DNA of 64,000 nucleotides, taken from contig NC_042997.1 in the NCBI RefSeq assembly GCF_006345805.1, positions 90,582,001-90,646,000 on the forward strand, written 5' to 3'. Below, in pieces: positions 13,538-26,864 of this stretch. A program made the position numbers and the translations under genes. Below the pieces are notes generated by a model. The model was not told the origin of the DNA. It searched no databases and saw only the letters and a program-made list of their open reading frames with translations. Source of the DNA: Octopus sinensis (taxonomy: Eukaryota). Within the stretch, counting starts at the first letter, position 1; the number at the start of each line of letters is the position of its first letter.

Positions 13538-13835
13538 TGGAGGCGCAATGGCCCAGTAGTTAGGGCAGCGGACTCGCGGTCGTAGGATCGCGGTTTCGAT
13601 TCCCAGACCGGGCGTTGTGTGTGTTTATTGAGCGAAAACACCTAAAAGCTCCACGAGGCTCCGGCAGGGGGTGGTGATCCCTGCTGTACTCTTTCTCTCA
13701 CTCTTTCTTCTGTTGGCCTGCTCGCTTAGCCAGCGGAGTGGCGTCATTCGAAGGCTAAAAACAATGCGAACGCATTGTGACCAGCGATGTGTAGCAACAT
13801 CTGATGGTCTGGTCGGTCACGTGATCACGTGATAT
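13538..13835 (+). mobile_element. tRNA-derived SINE (family C)
   Basis: ggaggcgcaatggcccagtagttagggcagcgg...gtttcgattcccagaccggg with A/B boxes; homologous to 53752-54055. Confidence 0.85.
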
Positions 13836-14320
13836 TGTGACCATGCATGTAAAGATTTAGTTGATTCCAGTATTTATTTTATTCTGGTACATATATCGAT
13901 GGCTATTTCTCGTTGTCGTATTTTTCAGAGGGAAGAAGCCGCGCCCTTGATCCTTTTGAAAGATCTCCTACTTGTCGAAATGATAGATCATATGAATGTG
14001 AACAACATCGGTTTTTAGGATAGTAAAGCTGTGTGTTCAGTAAAACTCATGCTCTTATCTCTCTGTTTCTCTCACTCTTACCCTATCCCTCTTACTCCCT
14101 CCCATACTCTCTCTCTTTCTCTCTGCATGTATGTCTGTGTCACAGGGATAAACACACACGCGCGTGTATACATACATATATACATACATACCCACATACA
14201 TACATATATGTATGTGGGTATGTGTGTATGTATATGTTTATGCATATGCTTCTTTCGTTGAGGCTAAAAATGAGTTTTTATTAAAAAGTAAATACTCTTG
14301 TGCTTCTGTTTCTCTCTCAC

Positions 14321-14362
<42 letters not shown>

Positions 14363-14629
14363 CGTATGTATGCATATATATGTATGTATGTATATATATA
14401 TATATATATATAATATATATATATTATATATATATATATATAAGAGAAAAAAATCTATCAGAAAGGAACTCTATCTCTCATAAAAAAATATCTTTTGATA
14501 AGCATAACAAATGCGCAACCGGTAAAAAGAACTTTCACCTAATTAAATACATTCTCCCTTACTTAAATTATTTTGTCAGCATTTTCTTCATTTCCTTTAT
14601 ATATATATAATATATATATATAATATATA

Positions 14630-14665
<36 letters not shown>

Positions 14666-15659
14666 TGTATGTATGTATGTATGTATATGTATATATATAT
14701 ATGTATGTATGTATTATATATATATATACTGAGAGAGAAAGAGAGGGGGAGAAACAGAAAGACAAGAGCATTTGTTTTAACAAACACCCATTTTTAGGTG
14801 CAATGAGAAAAGCACATACTGCAGTTAAAGCATATACTATATGTTTCTATATTCGACCAGAAAAGGAATGAATCTGTCTAACTTCGGTGCTAAAACTTAA
14901 TAATAATTGATGAAGTGTTTGTAATCCTTGCGTTTTCCCTAAATACGGTTGAGGAATACCTACAGGAGTATACAGAACTTTGGTGACAAGATCATCCTGC
15001 TTGGTGCATATCTGACAAATTTTTGATATTTGTATTAAGCTCTTTCGTCTGTGGTTTCGTTTCAAACACTATCAGCTAATCCCAAATCTACGTACCCTAG
15101 GATAATACAGGAGCATTGCGAATGATTTACTCATGCTGAAAATGAGACTGCTTCAGTAAAAAGCCGATCATTTATTGATGATGATGTGGAATGATCTGAT
15201 ATGACGTATACTGAAGGATAAGAAATTGATCATATATTCGATAATACAACACAAGGAAATATACCATCTCGTGTCATTCTCTTACTCATAATGCAAACTG
15301 TTCTGCAATCAAAGAAAAAGTAATGATGCTCATTTCAAGTAGTTCTCAAACATATTTCAGTTTACAAATTAGTTAAGGGAAAACTAAGTAAAAGCTAAAC
15401 GATACCTTTTGATAAGCTTTTGATCTTATTCACTTCTAGGATTTCACATGCGCGAAACCTGGAGTAGTTGCTACGTTTTTTGCGTAATCTATCCATTGAC
15501 GAAGGACGTTGCAATAGAACAACACTCGAAGTTTTCAATCTTCATCAAAATTCTTTTGAAACTCTAATATCAATTGGAACTTTCGTTCCTAGAATTAGAG
15601 ACATACTTACACAAGTGTGCTTCCCCCACCGATTTTGTTGCCTCATATCTTACAGAAAA

Positions 15660-16260
15660 AGTTTCATTTTTTAATTAAGATTTTCTACAGATGGTGTAGA
15701 TTTCGATTATATCGGAAGTTGTGGTAAAATCTTTTTTTTTTTTTCGAGGGTGAAGTGAGAAGTTTTGGAAAATTCACATGAGTTAGCTTTGTTTTCTCAT
15801 AACTTTCAGAACATGGGTAATTTTTTTAGGAAATTTTGTACAAATATCTATCAGAGTGTGTAAATTACGATTATATCGGACTTTAATATGAAAATAATTG
15901 GTGGGCTCGTACACATACATAATGACACGCATCACATATATCTACAAAATGAAACATGAAATTTCAACAAAAAAAAAAGTGACGTGTGTCAGTATGCTTA
16001 TGTACGAGTCTACCAATTTTCTTTTTCATATTTAATACCGACATATTCCATACATTCATATTAAATACCGATACATTCCGGATATGAGGAAAGAAATCCG
16101 AGTCGTATGAATTTTCCGAAACTCCTCACTCCACCTTCGGAAAAATATTTCACCAGAAATTCCGATGTAATCGAAATCTACATCATCTGAAGTGTTTTTG
16201 TAGAAATTTTATTTTAAAAATTAATTTTTCTCAAAGTTATGAGGAAACGAAGTCGGTGGA
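15660..16260. mobile_element. Degenerate fold-back, DNA-transposon-like element with nested inverted repeats
   Basis: cagatggtgtagatttcgattatatcggaa (~15690) vs ttccgatgtaatcgaaatctacatcatctg (~16160); further inverted pairs inside. Confidence 0.6.
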
Positions 16261-16955
16261 GAACACTTGTGTAGGAATGACGAATTAGAACGGCACCAAG
16301 TGATACAAATTAACCATTTAAAATAAAAATGATCCAATTTCCACAACGTTTTCTGATTTGACTATAAAAAAAGTGCAAGTAGGCCTTACTTTCAATCAAG
16401 TAAGAACATATTCCCCGCAGCTATTGTTCAATCAGGAAACTCTAGAATTCAAAAATCATCGGATATACAGAACATACAGGCAAAATGAAAAAAAAGGTGA
16501 AATTGCAAGGAAAGACTTACCAAAAACATCATAAACTTTGAGGTTCTCGGCTAAATATTTTGCCCTATAAAATCCTAAGGTAAACACCAAAATAATAAAA
16601 TTTTATTAGCTGATCGGTTTTCGAATATTTTTGGTTAAATATACATCCGCTGAAGTTATGCATAAAATTTAATAAAATGTTTCGAAAATAATAAGTTATG
16701 TGAATCCTAATTCTTCAGTAATTGCAGTCCATTGTCTAAGCTCATTGTCATAAAAATCTTTAACATAAATAATGCTATCAAAATAATAATATAAAGAAGA
16801 AAACATTTATAAAAATGCAGAATTTCTATGGATCCTGCCAGTTATAATAATAATAATAATAACAACATCAACAACAACAACAACGACGACGATGATGATG
16901 ATCATCATCATCATCATGATCATGATCATGATCAATTATCATGATAGTGATGATG

Positions 16956-16999
<44 letters not shown>

Positions 17000-17444
17000 T
17001 CACACATATGGCTTCGAAGGATTAGAAAGGAGGAAATAAATAAATAAAAATTAGATAAATAGCGATAAAAAAAATTAAAGAGAAGTGATTGCCAGAGTTA
17101 ATAAATCCATATAGAAGTGAATAAGATTTAGCAAAGTCCATGTTAAACTGAATTAATCATATTGTTAAACGATGCTGACATTCAGGAATCTTACAGTTCT
17201 ATGTGCCGGCTCTATCGATTAGCGGCTAAAACTTTAAACTATGCGCTGTGTGTAATTGGAGAATTTAATTTACTCGTCGTCTACAGCTTGCTTGCTTTAC
17301 ATGAAATGATAGTGCGTCTCTTTACTGCTACGTTAATCGTCTCTTGATTCGACGTTAACAAAAAACCACTAAGCTACTATTATCACTATTGTCATATCAC
17401 CAACGAAACAACACCAAACCACTGCATGGTTAAATCTTAGACTA

Positions 17445-17930
17445 CAGATGTGGCTGTGTGGTAAGAAGCTTACTTCCCAACCACATGGTTCCGAGTTCAG
17501 TCCCAGAGCGTGGCACCTAGGGAAAGTGTCTTCTACTATAGCCTCGGGATTTGTGAGTGGATTTGGTAGACGGAAGCTGAAAGCGCGAGAGAATAAGTAC
17601 TAGGCTTTAAAATAAGTCCTGGTGTTGACTTGTTTGACTAAAACACTCTAAGGCGGTGAGCTGGCGGAAACGTTAGCACGCCGGGCGAAATGCTTAGCGG
17701 TATTTCGTCTGCCGTTACGTTCTGAGTTCAAATTCCGCCGAGGTCGACTTTGCCTTTCATCCTTTCGGGGTCAATAAATTAAGTACCAGTCGCGCTCCGA
17801 GGTCGATGTAATCGACTTAATCCGTTTGTCTGTCCTTGTTTGTCCCCACTATGTTTAGCCCATTGTGGGTAATAAAGAAATAAAACACTCTAAGGCGGTG
17901 TTCCAGCATGACTAAAACAAGTAAAATAAA
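17445..17930 (+). mobile_element. Family-B SINE containing a nested family-A SINE (17659-17880)
   Basis: 20-nt duplication taaaacactctaaggcggtg at 17639-17658 and 17881-17900. Confidence 0.9.
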
Positions 17931-18305
17931 TAAAGTAAAAGAAAAAAATGCCATCTAAATCAATAATGAACAACCTATGGCCTGCGGGACTGTCTGAGTG
18001 GCACGCCTGACGTAAAAATAATTATTTTCAGTTTTCAACTCGCCTGATGATAAGCCATTATTCATGGGGCCCACTTCTCGAAAATGGTCGCCCATACCTG
18101 ATCTAGATCATCAGTTTCTACTTAATCTCAACATGAGTGGATCTGGTAGACGGAAACTTAAAGAAGCTCATCGTATATATTTCTTTTAAACTATGTCATT
18201 GTATGAAAACAATTTATAACATTCTTCAGACATATTGACTCAAATATATATTTTTTAACCTTTTAAAACAAGCCTTCTGTAGTTTTTTCACTTTTTACTA
18301 TTTTC

Positions 18306-18368
<63 letters not shown>

Positions 18369-18369
18369 T

Positions 18370-18499
18370 CTAAAGCCATCTGAATATGGCTAGGGACAGG
18401 GCAGGGTGGTGGGGGTGTTACTGTTGCATTTAGCCCCAGGCGAACATCGACGTCACCAGAAAGGCCCGACACCGTCACGCCATATTCAGATGGCTTTAG
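18370..18499. mobile_element. 130-bp MITE with perfect 21-bp inverted termini (TA TSD if the TIR starts at aagcc)
   Basis: ctaaagccatctgaatatggc ... gccatattcagatggctttag. Confidence 0.85.
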
Positions 18500-18849
18500 T
18501 CCCTTATGTTATCGAGCAGTTACTGTCTATATCTCTTTTAGAGAATTATTATTGCTATATATATTCTATTATTTGTTTAAGTCATTTGACTGCGGCCATG
18601 CTGAAACACCGCCTTTAGTCGAACAAATCGACCCCAGGACTTATTTATTGTAAGCCTAGTACTTATTCTATCGGTCTCTTTTGGCGACCCGCTAACTTAC
18701 GGGGACGGGAACACACTAGCATCGGCGATGGTGGGGAAACACAGACTAACAAACATACACACACACACACATACACACACACACACACACATACACACAC
18801 ACACACACATATATACACACACACATATATATATATATATATAGTTTCA

Positions 18850-19155
18850 TATGTGACATTTATTCGGTTGCCATAATAAAACTCCGAGTTTCGGATGTCG
18901 GGGTGGAAACCTACACCGGTATCTCTTCAGTTCGCGAGGCAATTAAAATATGCTACGAAAATGACCGTTATTAAGATAAAAGAGCTATTAGAATGTCTTA
19001 ATAACGGCCATTTACATAGTACTTTCCCTTTGTTTAACGGTCATTTTCATAACATATTTTAATTGCCTCGATAACTGAAGAGATGCCGGCGCAGGTTTCC
19101 ACCCCGACATCCGAAACTCGGAGTTTTATTATGGCAACCGAATAATTGTCACATA
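18850..19155. mobile_element. Non-autonomous fold-back element with a hammerhead motif in each arm
   Basis: Arms 18850-18970 and 19035-19155. The + copy reads gataa-CTGAAGA-gatgccgg..ccgacatcc-GAAAC-tcgga-GTT-ttatt (19070-19130). Confidence 0.8.
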
Positions 19156-19320
19156 TTATATTACAAATAAATTCCTCTATTTACATAATATCGAGGTCTC
19201 TTTCATTATTTTGTTGTCTTACCATTACTATTAATATATATATAATATAAAACAAGGAAAATGCTCACATTTTACATAATTTTAATATATTTTTTAACAT
19301 ATTTTATTTTATATTGTGTT

Positions 19321-19353
19321 TGTTGACCGGTTTCGCTTTCGCTAATCATAACA
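19321..19353 (-). ncRNA. Minimal type-I hammerhead-like motif, A3-U8 core variant, in a PLE terminal-repeat-like fragment
   Basis: Minus strand: tgtt-ATGATTA-gc gaaa gc-GAAAC-cg-GTC-aaca. Confidence 0.6.
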
Positions 19354-19448
19354 GTGAAATTATTGTAATTTCATATAACGAAGATTTTGGTCCATGTTAC
19401 ATTACAACTCACCACGTGGGAATAATCGAAATTCTTCCCTTTTTGTTA

Positions 19449-19488
<40 letters not shown>

Positions 19489-20257
19489 CTTCGTGTTTGT
19501 GTTTGTCCCCGTAGGTTAATGGTTTGGCAAAAGAGGCCGATAGAGTAAGTACCAGGCTTAAAAATAAGTACTCAGATCGATTCATTTGACTAAAAATTCA
19601 AGGCGGTGTCCCAGCATAGCCGCAGTCTGATGGCTGAAACAAGTGATAGAATAAACGAAAAATTGTTACTGCTATTACAAACTCTGTTCACTCTCACCAC
19701 CATCTCAGCCATCTCCACCTCAACCAGCAATGCCACAACCAGCAACGCTACACCCACTGTCACCGCTACCAATATGGCAATTAAAACCGTTATATTATCA
19801 CATCAATTATTGCTATCAAAACCATTAAATCCCTTTATGGCTAACCCTGCAACCATCATTAAATTTCTATATGGCTAATCCTCTCACTACCACCACTACT
19901 AAACCTCTATGAGGCTAGCTCTCCCACCGTTACTGCCTGCACTCACACTAAATTTCTCCCAAACCTACCACCACCACCAAATATTTATTCAGCTAACACC
20001 ATCTCTACCACCGCTGCCAACACCACCACTGCTATCTCAACTATCACCATTAACAATACCACCAATACCATCACTTCCAACGCCACCGCTAAATCTTTAT
20101 ATGGTCAACTATCACACTATCAGCACTGGGATTCTTTATCTAAACCAATATCACTACTACTACTACTACTACTACAACAACTGCTGCTGCTACTACTAGT
20201 AATAGTAGTAGTAGTAGTAGTAGGAGGAGGAGGAGGAGCAGTAGTAGTTGTTGTTGC

Positions 20258-20305
<48 letters not shown>

Positions 20306-21394
20306 TGCAGCACAACAAGCACGTATTATGTTAACTACTATTTGCATCAACCACTCCTCAACACTCGTATCACACTATAATACCACTACACCGCCACTTT
20401 GTAACTTCGACCACACCACAACCACCACCACCCCAACTATACTACTACTACTTTACTACTACTGCGGCTACTACTTTACTACTACTATTACTACTACAAC
20501 TGCTGTTGCAAGCCATATTAACGCTGTCATATCTCTACCATTACTTTCATTAATCACAAAGGCCCATGGATTGATTAGTATCAGTAAATGGGTCTCCGTC
20601 AGTTTCGACGATAAAACGTTTTCTCAGCTACGCACATTGGACTGGCTTCTATGTGGCTGAGTATTTCAAAAGCACATGTACACTGAAACAGCGTGACACA
20701 GTGCGTTTGTCAAGGTTGGAGTTTTGAAATGTATGTATAATCCATCCGACAAGGTTTTACATAATTTCCATCAACTTGACATCACTCACACGGGTTGGGC
20801 TTAGCCTAGGCTATGGTGAAAAGAGAGAAGGAAAAAACGCATTAGCCCAACAAGCCACCTAGTAGGATCAAACCCGGACCTTGCGATTGACAAACGAACT
20901 TCTGAGGCATTTCGGTCATGCAGTGTCAAAAAAGCAACATGTACCATCAATCTTACCATTTGCGAGGGTGCTTTTTATCTGCCCTCCCGACGTGACCTGC
21001 TTGAAATAACAGTCAAAACTTCCTCAAATCACATTTTCATTATTTTGGAGAAGGGATAAATGGGATAATGTGGTTCTGGGTTCCCCTGCACATACGAATA
21101 AGGCGGAATGGTCACGGTTGGTACGTGTCTGATCAGGACTGCCTTTGGAGCATCACAGCGTCCCAGGACAAACCAATGCACTGAACTCTATAGTGTTTAT
21201 TTGTTGACAGTAAAATACAGGCATACATAGATTCGAATTGGGCCCTTAGACCAATGAGGACCTCGGATCACTGACCAATATGTTAAGCCCATGCCTTATG
21301 ACGGCTCTGCTTCTGGTCAGAGGTCTGCTCTATCAGAGCTGACCTGGGGCTAAAGGAAACTACAACAATCCCTACTATTATCACTGTTACTTCC

Positions 21395-21428
<34 letters not shown>

Positions 21429-21935
21429 CACCACGACTACTAATACTTTCATTACTACTACTACTACTACAACTCCTACTACTACTACCACGACTACTAG
21501 TACTATCACTTCTACCATTACTGCGACATCGACGACCATGACAACAACGATGACCGCTATTACTACCACTACAACTACTACTACTATTACAACTACTACT
21601 ACAATGATCATCACCACAGCTACTATTAGCAACACCATGATCCCATTAATTTCGAGAGACAACGCCACTGCTATCAAAACGCCACCACCACCACCACAAC
21701 GCCCCCAACATTACGACTCCTCCACCACTAGTTATAAGCAGTAGACGACTTCAAATGTATCTGAATGACTTAAGATTTCAATCAAAGATCGGAAAACGAA
21801 TTCTAACGAAATTAGACATATCTACATATATGTGCGTGTTTGGAAAGGTGGGGAGTAAGTGGACGCGTGAGAATGTGTGTGTGCATGTCTGGTGGTGTCT
21901 AAACTTGTGTGTGTGTTGTGTGGGTGTGTGTTGTG

Positions 21936-21973
<38 letters not shown>

Positions 21974-22377
21974 ACATATAAGTTTACAATGGTGTGAACG
22001 ATGCATTTATATAAATATGTGTGTATCTGTTTATGAGTGTTTGCATGCATGTGTATATTTGTGTTGATCTAATATTCTAAATGTTTGTGCTGTATATGCA
22101 TGTGAAAGTGAGTGCGTATGTGTGTATGCGTGTGTATGCATATGTGTGTGTGTATGCCTGTTTGAATCTCTGCATATGGGTATATAAGCGATAACTGTAT
22201 GACAGTATATCTGGTGTGTGTGTGTGTGTGTGTGCGTGTGTGAATGCATGTGTGTGTGTGCGTTTATATGTGAGTGTTCACAAAGGATATTTCTTTGTAT
22301 ACGTATACTTATAAGTGTGAGTATATGTATATTTTTGAAGTATATATTTACGTATGTGTGCATATATGTATGTATGT

Positions 22378-22396
22378 TGGCCACGAGGTGGCACTG
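22378..22396 (+). promoter_or_regulatory. CTCF-like site
   Basis: tggccacgaggtggcactg vs consensus TGGCCACCAGGGGGCGCTA; sits at the start of a repeat-poor stretch. Confidence 0.5.
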
Positions 22397-23730
22397 TCAT
22401 TGTAATTCAATGAAATTCCAAGCAATGTGTTATGTCAGACGATACATCTCAAAGCATATGGCGCTAACTACTTCATCAGTTCAATCCTCACCTTTTCTCT
22501 CTTTCTCCGTCCAACGGTAGCTATAGAAATGGCACCAGATAAAACCGCACGAAACGATCATAGATTTATTCAGCCGCCAAATCTGCCCACTTTCACTAAA
22601 GAATTGCCACTTCTATTCAGCCATCTTCGATTTAATACATAATTTTACCGAAACCGTGAAAGATACCGAAACATTTTTCGATAAACTATTATCACCTTGA
22701 CCTGGCTAATCGATCTTTTAAACTTTTTCTTGTATTTTTAAATATTATTTTAAGTGAAAAGACCAGTGCGTTGTCACATTGTCAAGTAATAGAGCTTTTC
22801 GGTGAGGTCCGGGTAGGTGAATAAGTGTGAGAGAGATTGGAAAATAAAGTGTCTGGAAAATGTGAAATTCCAATCATTCTCGATAAATGGCTAGCGACTA
22901 GAAAACAAAGAGTAAAAACTATCGAAAAATACGTGTTTATATTATTGATGTAAACATGGTCTGTTTGTTAAAGCACCGGACTTTAGATTCATGGGAAACG
23001 GGTTCAATTCTGCTCATAGCATCTGAGGTTGGATCGTGTCATACGGAAAGGAAGCAAGTATGGATGGGTAATGAAAAGTTTCAATATAGATAAAATAATT
23101 TTCTAATATTTTATGAAAATTCAATTATTTATGTCTTACCCCTTTCTCTTTAAACACAATTTGTGGGAAATGAAAACGGGAAAGCAATTTATATTATTCT
23201 GTGTTTTGACACCAATGTCTGTCAGAAAAAGAACAGCAATTAGAGTTTGGTTTACGTTTTGCATAACAAACTATAGAAGAAAACTAAAAACTTCGTTCCC
23301 AAACCACCTTCATTATGTTTATTAAATAAACTCTGTATATATATATTATATATATGCGGGGTGGGTTATTTGAAGAGCATACTAATAAAAAAAATAATCT
23401 GTTACGAAATTCAGATATCATATTGGCGGCGGCAGGGCAAGGCGCAGGCATGGCTGTGAGGTTAAGAAGCGTAGTTTCGGGTTCAGTTCCACTGCGCTGT
23501 AGTCTCTTCTACTATAGTCGCGAACCTTGTGAACGAATTTGGAACACAGAAACTGTGTAAAACCCCTAAGAAGCTTGCATCGCAACCACATGGTTCCGGG
23601 TTCAGACCCACTGCGTAGCACCTTGAGCTAGTATCTTCTACTATAGCCTCGGGTCGACCAAAGCCGTGTGAGTGGATTTGGTTGGCGGAAACTGAAAGAA
23701 GCCCTTCGTATACATATACGTATATATATA

Positions 23731-24001
23731 AGACAAAATAGAGTGAAAAAGCTACAGAAGGCTTGTGTTATATGGTTAAAAGAATATATTTAAATCGTTA
23801 TGTTAGAAAAATGTTATAAAATAGGTAAAGAAATTTGAGAAATTTGAGAAATTTGAAAAGAAAATATGAAACCGGTTATTTCTCCAAAAACTATATTACT
23901 ATACGCAAAATTTTATAACATTTTTGTAACAACGATTTAAATATATTCTTTACCATATAACACAAACCTACTGTAGATTTATTTGTCACTCTATTTTGTC
24001 T
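23731..24001. mobile_element. Hairpin element of the same terminal family as the PLE at 9228-10610, with an HHR-like motif in the loop
   Basis: Arms 23731-23820 and 23912-24001; loop gagaaat-TTGAAAA-gaaaatat-GAAAC-cg-GTT-atttctc (23846-23884). A related single arm lies at ~18220-18305. Confidence 0.75.
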
Positions 24002-24063
24002 TTTATACATCCAACCACGTGTTTTCACATACCAACTCTTTCACTAATATACAATATATATAT

Positions 24064-25560
24064 ATGAAAAATGCATTAAATACTACAAAACGTACATGTA
24101 GGACAGGCACAAGGGCCCTAATCCTTTCTCAATTATCGACCAAAAATGCTAATACTCAGTTTCGTGCCTTTAACGATAAGACTGGGTACTTCGCATATCG
24201 GTGGAACACGCAAAATTTGTGTAGAATTAGGACTCGAGCAACCAAAACAATACAGGGTGGATGTCCGAAAGTAAACAAATGCAATTTAAAACAATAGACG
24301 AAGACATTAACTAAAGCCTTTCGGCCAAACACGATTTGTGGTATTTAATGCATTTTCCATTTATGGAATAACTGAACGCCACGCATCCCGATTTTTGTTA
24401 ATAGTAAGTGTGTATATACTTTTACGACTCTATTCTTTCTTTCGTTCTTTCTCTTTCATCATAATATTCCTTTTCTAGCATCTCTACTTCATCTCTCCCT
24501 CTCTCTCATCCTCTCACACTTAATTGTTGACTTTCTCCCTTCCTGTTCTGATTCTCTCTCTCTCTCTTTCTCTCTGCCGCTCTCGCTATCCCTCTCTCTC
24601 ATCCTCCTTCCCTTCTATCTGCCGCTCACACGTGACCCGTGACTGATTTTCTATTCTCTGCCTTTTCGCCTAGGGTGCTGTTCAACTTTTTCTCATCTCT
24701 AATTCTTTTTTTTTATATCCATTTGAGGATTTCTTCTAGACGTTACCCATCACTCTCGTGTTTGGCCGAAAAGCATTATTTATTGTCTTCGTTTTATATT
24801 ACACTAGCAGTATCGCCCGCGTTGCTCGGGTTTGTAAGGGAAATAACTATATAAGCATTTTTAGAGAGTTACTTCCCTTATAGATGCCAATTCGGGCTTT
24901 CTTAGCCATTTCTGTTTTGGTGTCTTCAAGCCATGAAGTCGTTGTTCTAAAAGAACGCTGGTCTCCTTGACAACGCTTTACGACGTTGATTTCCTTACAC
25001 TCCCTTCCCCACAGCTTCACGAGGGAGAGAAGAAGGGGGAGAAGCAACACAGGTGCAGATGTGACCATGGACGCCAACTCCGCCGCCATCGACACACGAA
25101 AAAATATGCATTAAAATGGAATAAAAAATGATGTTAAATTATTTTTAAAATCGTAGACTCATCGTAGACGCGCGCTAATACTCAGACGGGCTCGATATGA
25201 ATCACGACTATAAGATACCCGGTTTTGGTTAAACTGCACCGCAAAATGTGGGAGTAGTTAGGAATCTAAATCGAAGGGGACAGACACTCACACAACTACA
25301 GTTTTATATATATAGATTTGTTTACTTTCGTACGTCCTTCCTGTATTGTTTTGGTTGCTCGAGCCCTAATTCTACGCAAATCTTGCGGGTCCCACCGACA
25401 TACGAAGTACCCAGTCTTATCGTTAAAGGCATGAAACTGAGTATTAGTATTTTTGGTCGATAACTGAAGATGAATTGGAATCCTTGAGTTTGCCTTACGT
25501 GTACGTTTTGTAGTATTTAGTGCAATTTTCATTTATGGAATAACTGAACGCCACGCGTTC
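24064..25560. mobile_element. Inverted-repeat element (arms ~24064-24335 vs 24757-24803 plus 25317-25540) split by a Helitron
   Basis: ORFs 23983-24297 (+) and 25296-25532 (-) are homologous (ALNTTKRT..AFNDKTGYF..RIRxRATKTIQ). Confidence 0.7.
24804..25316 (-). mobile_element. Complete non-autonomous Helitron (513 bp)
   Basis: On the minus strand: a|TC start, 3' hairpin cccgagcaacgcggg, CTAG|t end, AT target; excision rejoins the host inverted-repeat arm. Confidence 0.88.
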
Positions 25561-25954
25561 CAACTTGTGTGTGTGTGTGTTGTGTGTGTGTGTGTGTCTG
25601 TATCTATATGTGTCTTTGTTTGTCCCACTTCACAACCGGTGTTGGTGTGTTTTCGACCCTGTATATTAGCGCTTCGTTAAAAGAGACCGATAGAATTAGT
25701 ACCAAACTTGAAAAGATAAGTGTTGGGGTTTATTTTGTTCGATAAAATCCTCAAGGTGGTACCCCTGCATGGGTGAGGTCCAATGACCGAAACAAATAAA
25801 AGAAGGTAAAAGAAGACATTTGAAAGATGCTAAATGCTTCAAAAACTGCAAATATGATATCCTAAATGTTTTAAAATTTTGTTACACATGCAACAATTAT
25901 CTAAATATCTGGAGCGTGAGAGTGAATGCTTTCCATCAACTTGTTTTATTAACT

Positions 25955-26655
25955 GGCACTCCGTTGGTTATGACGACGAGGGTTCCAGTTGATCCATTCA
26001 ACGGAACAGCCTGCTCGTGAAATTAACGTGCAAGTGTCTGAGCACTCCACAGATACACGTGCCCTTAACGTAATTCTCAGGGATATTCAGCACAGAGTGG
26101 GACAAGGCTGGCCCTTTGAATTACAGGTGCTACTCATTTTTGCCAGCTGAGTGGAGTGGAGTAATGTGAAATAAAGTGCCTTGTTTAAGGACACAACGCG
26201 CCGCCGGTTTTCGAACTCACAATCGTAAGGTCATGAGCCGAATACCCTAACCACTAAACCACGCGCCTTCACGCATCAGCTTGTAACGACGTTACTGGAT
26301 GCAATGACTTCCTCCAAAAAACCAACATACTATTAACATCAAATTCTCCATGTGTAAGAATTGTGGTATGCGTGTTATTGGAGATTTAAATAAATAAATG
26401 AATAAATGCGCCTTTTTAAAGCTTAGCTAGGCTCATGGGCCTGGTTTCCCGGTTTCTATGGCGTATGTGTTCCCCCGCTGGACGGGACGCCAGTCCATCG
26501 CAGCGTTACTCTTTTTTGTCAGCTGAGTGGACTGGAACAATGTGAAATGAAGCGTTTTGCTCAAGAACACAACGCGTCGCCCGGTCCAGGAATCAAAACC
26601 ACAATCTTACGATCATGATGCTGACACTCTAACCACTAAGCCACGCGCCTCCACA
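25955..26655 (-). mobile_element. Two adjacent SINEs: family D (25955-26290) and family C with a V-domain-like segment (26405-26655)
   Basis: tRNA heads ending ctaaccactaa.ccacgcgcct on +; gcgatggactggcgtcccgtccagc on -; family D repeated at 61610-61925. Confidence 0.8.
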
Positions 26656-26825
26656 ATTGGAGATTTATTTCAGCTTTTATATCTCACGTTTCCTCTCGGG
26701 TAATGACTTTCTTTGAGATGGTTTTCATTTATTCTAAATTCTATCAATGAATATATTGCCATGCGCTGCATATTCTGCACTTGAATCAAACTTACATTGT
26801 TTGATATCAGTTTTTAAAAACTTTT

Positions 26826-26864
<39 letters not shown>

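Noticed and set aside
15405-15470. TTGATAA..GAAACctggaGTA as another U3-A8 hammerhead
   Set aside because: Stem I does not pair and stem II is only 2 bp around a long unstructured insert.
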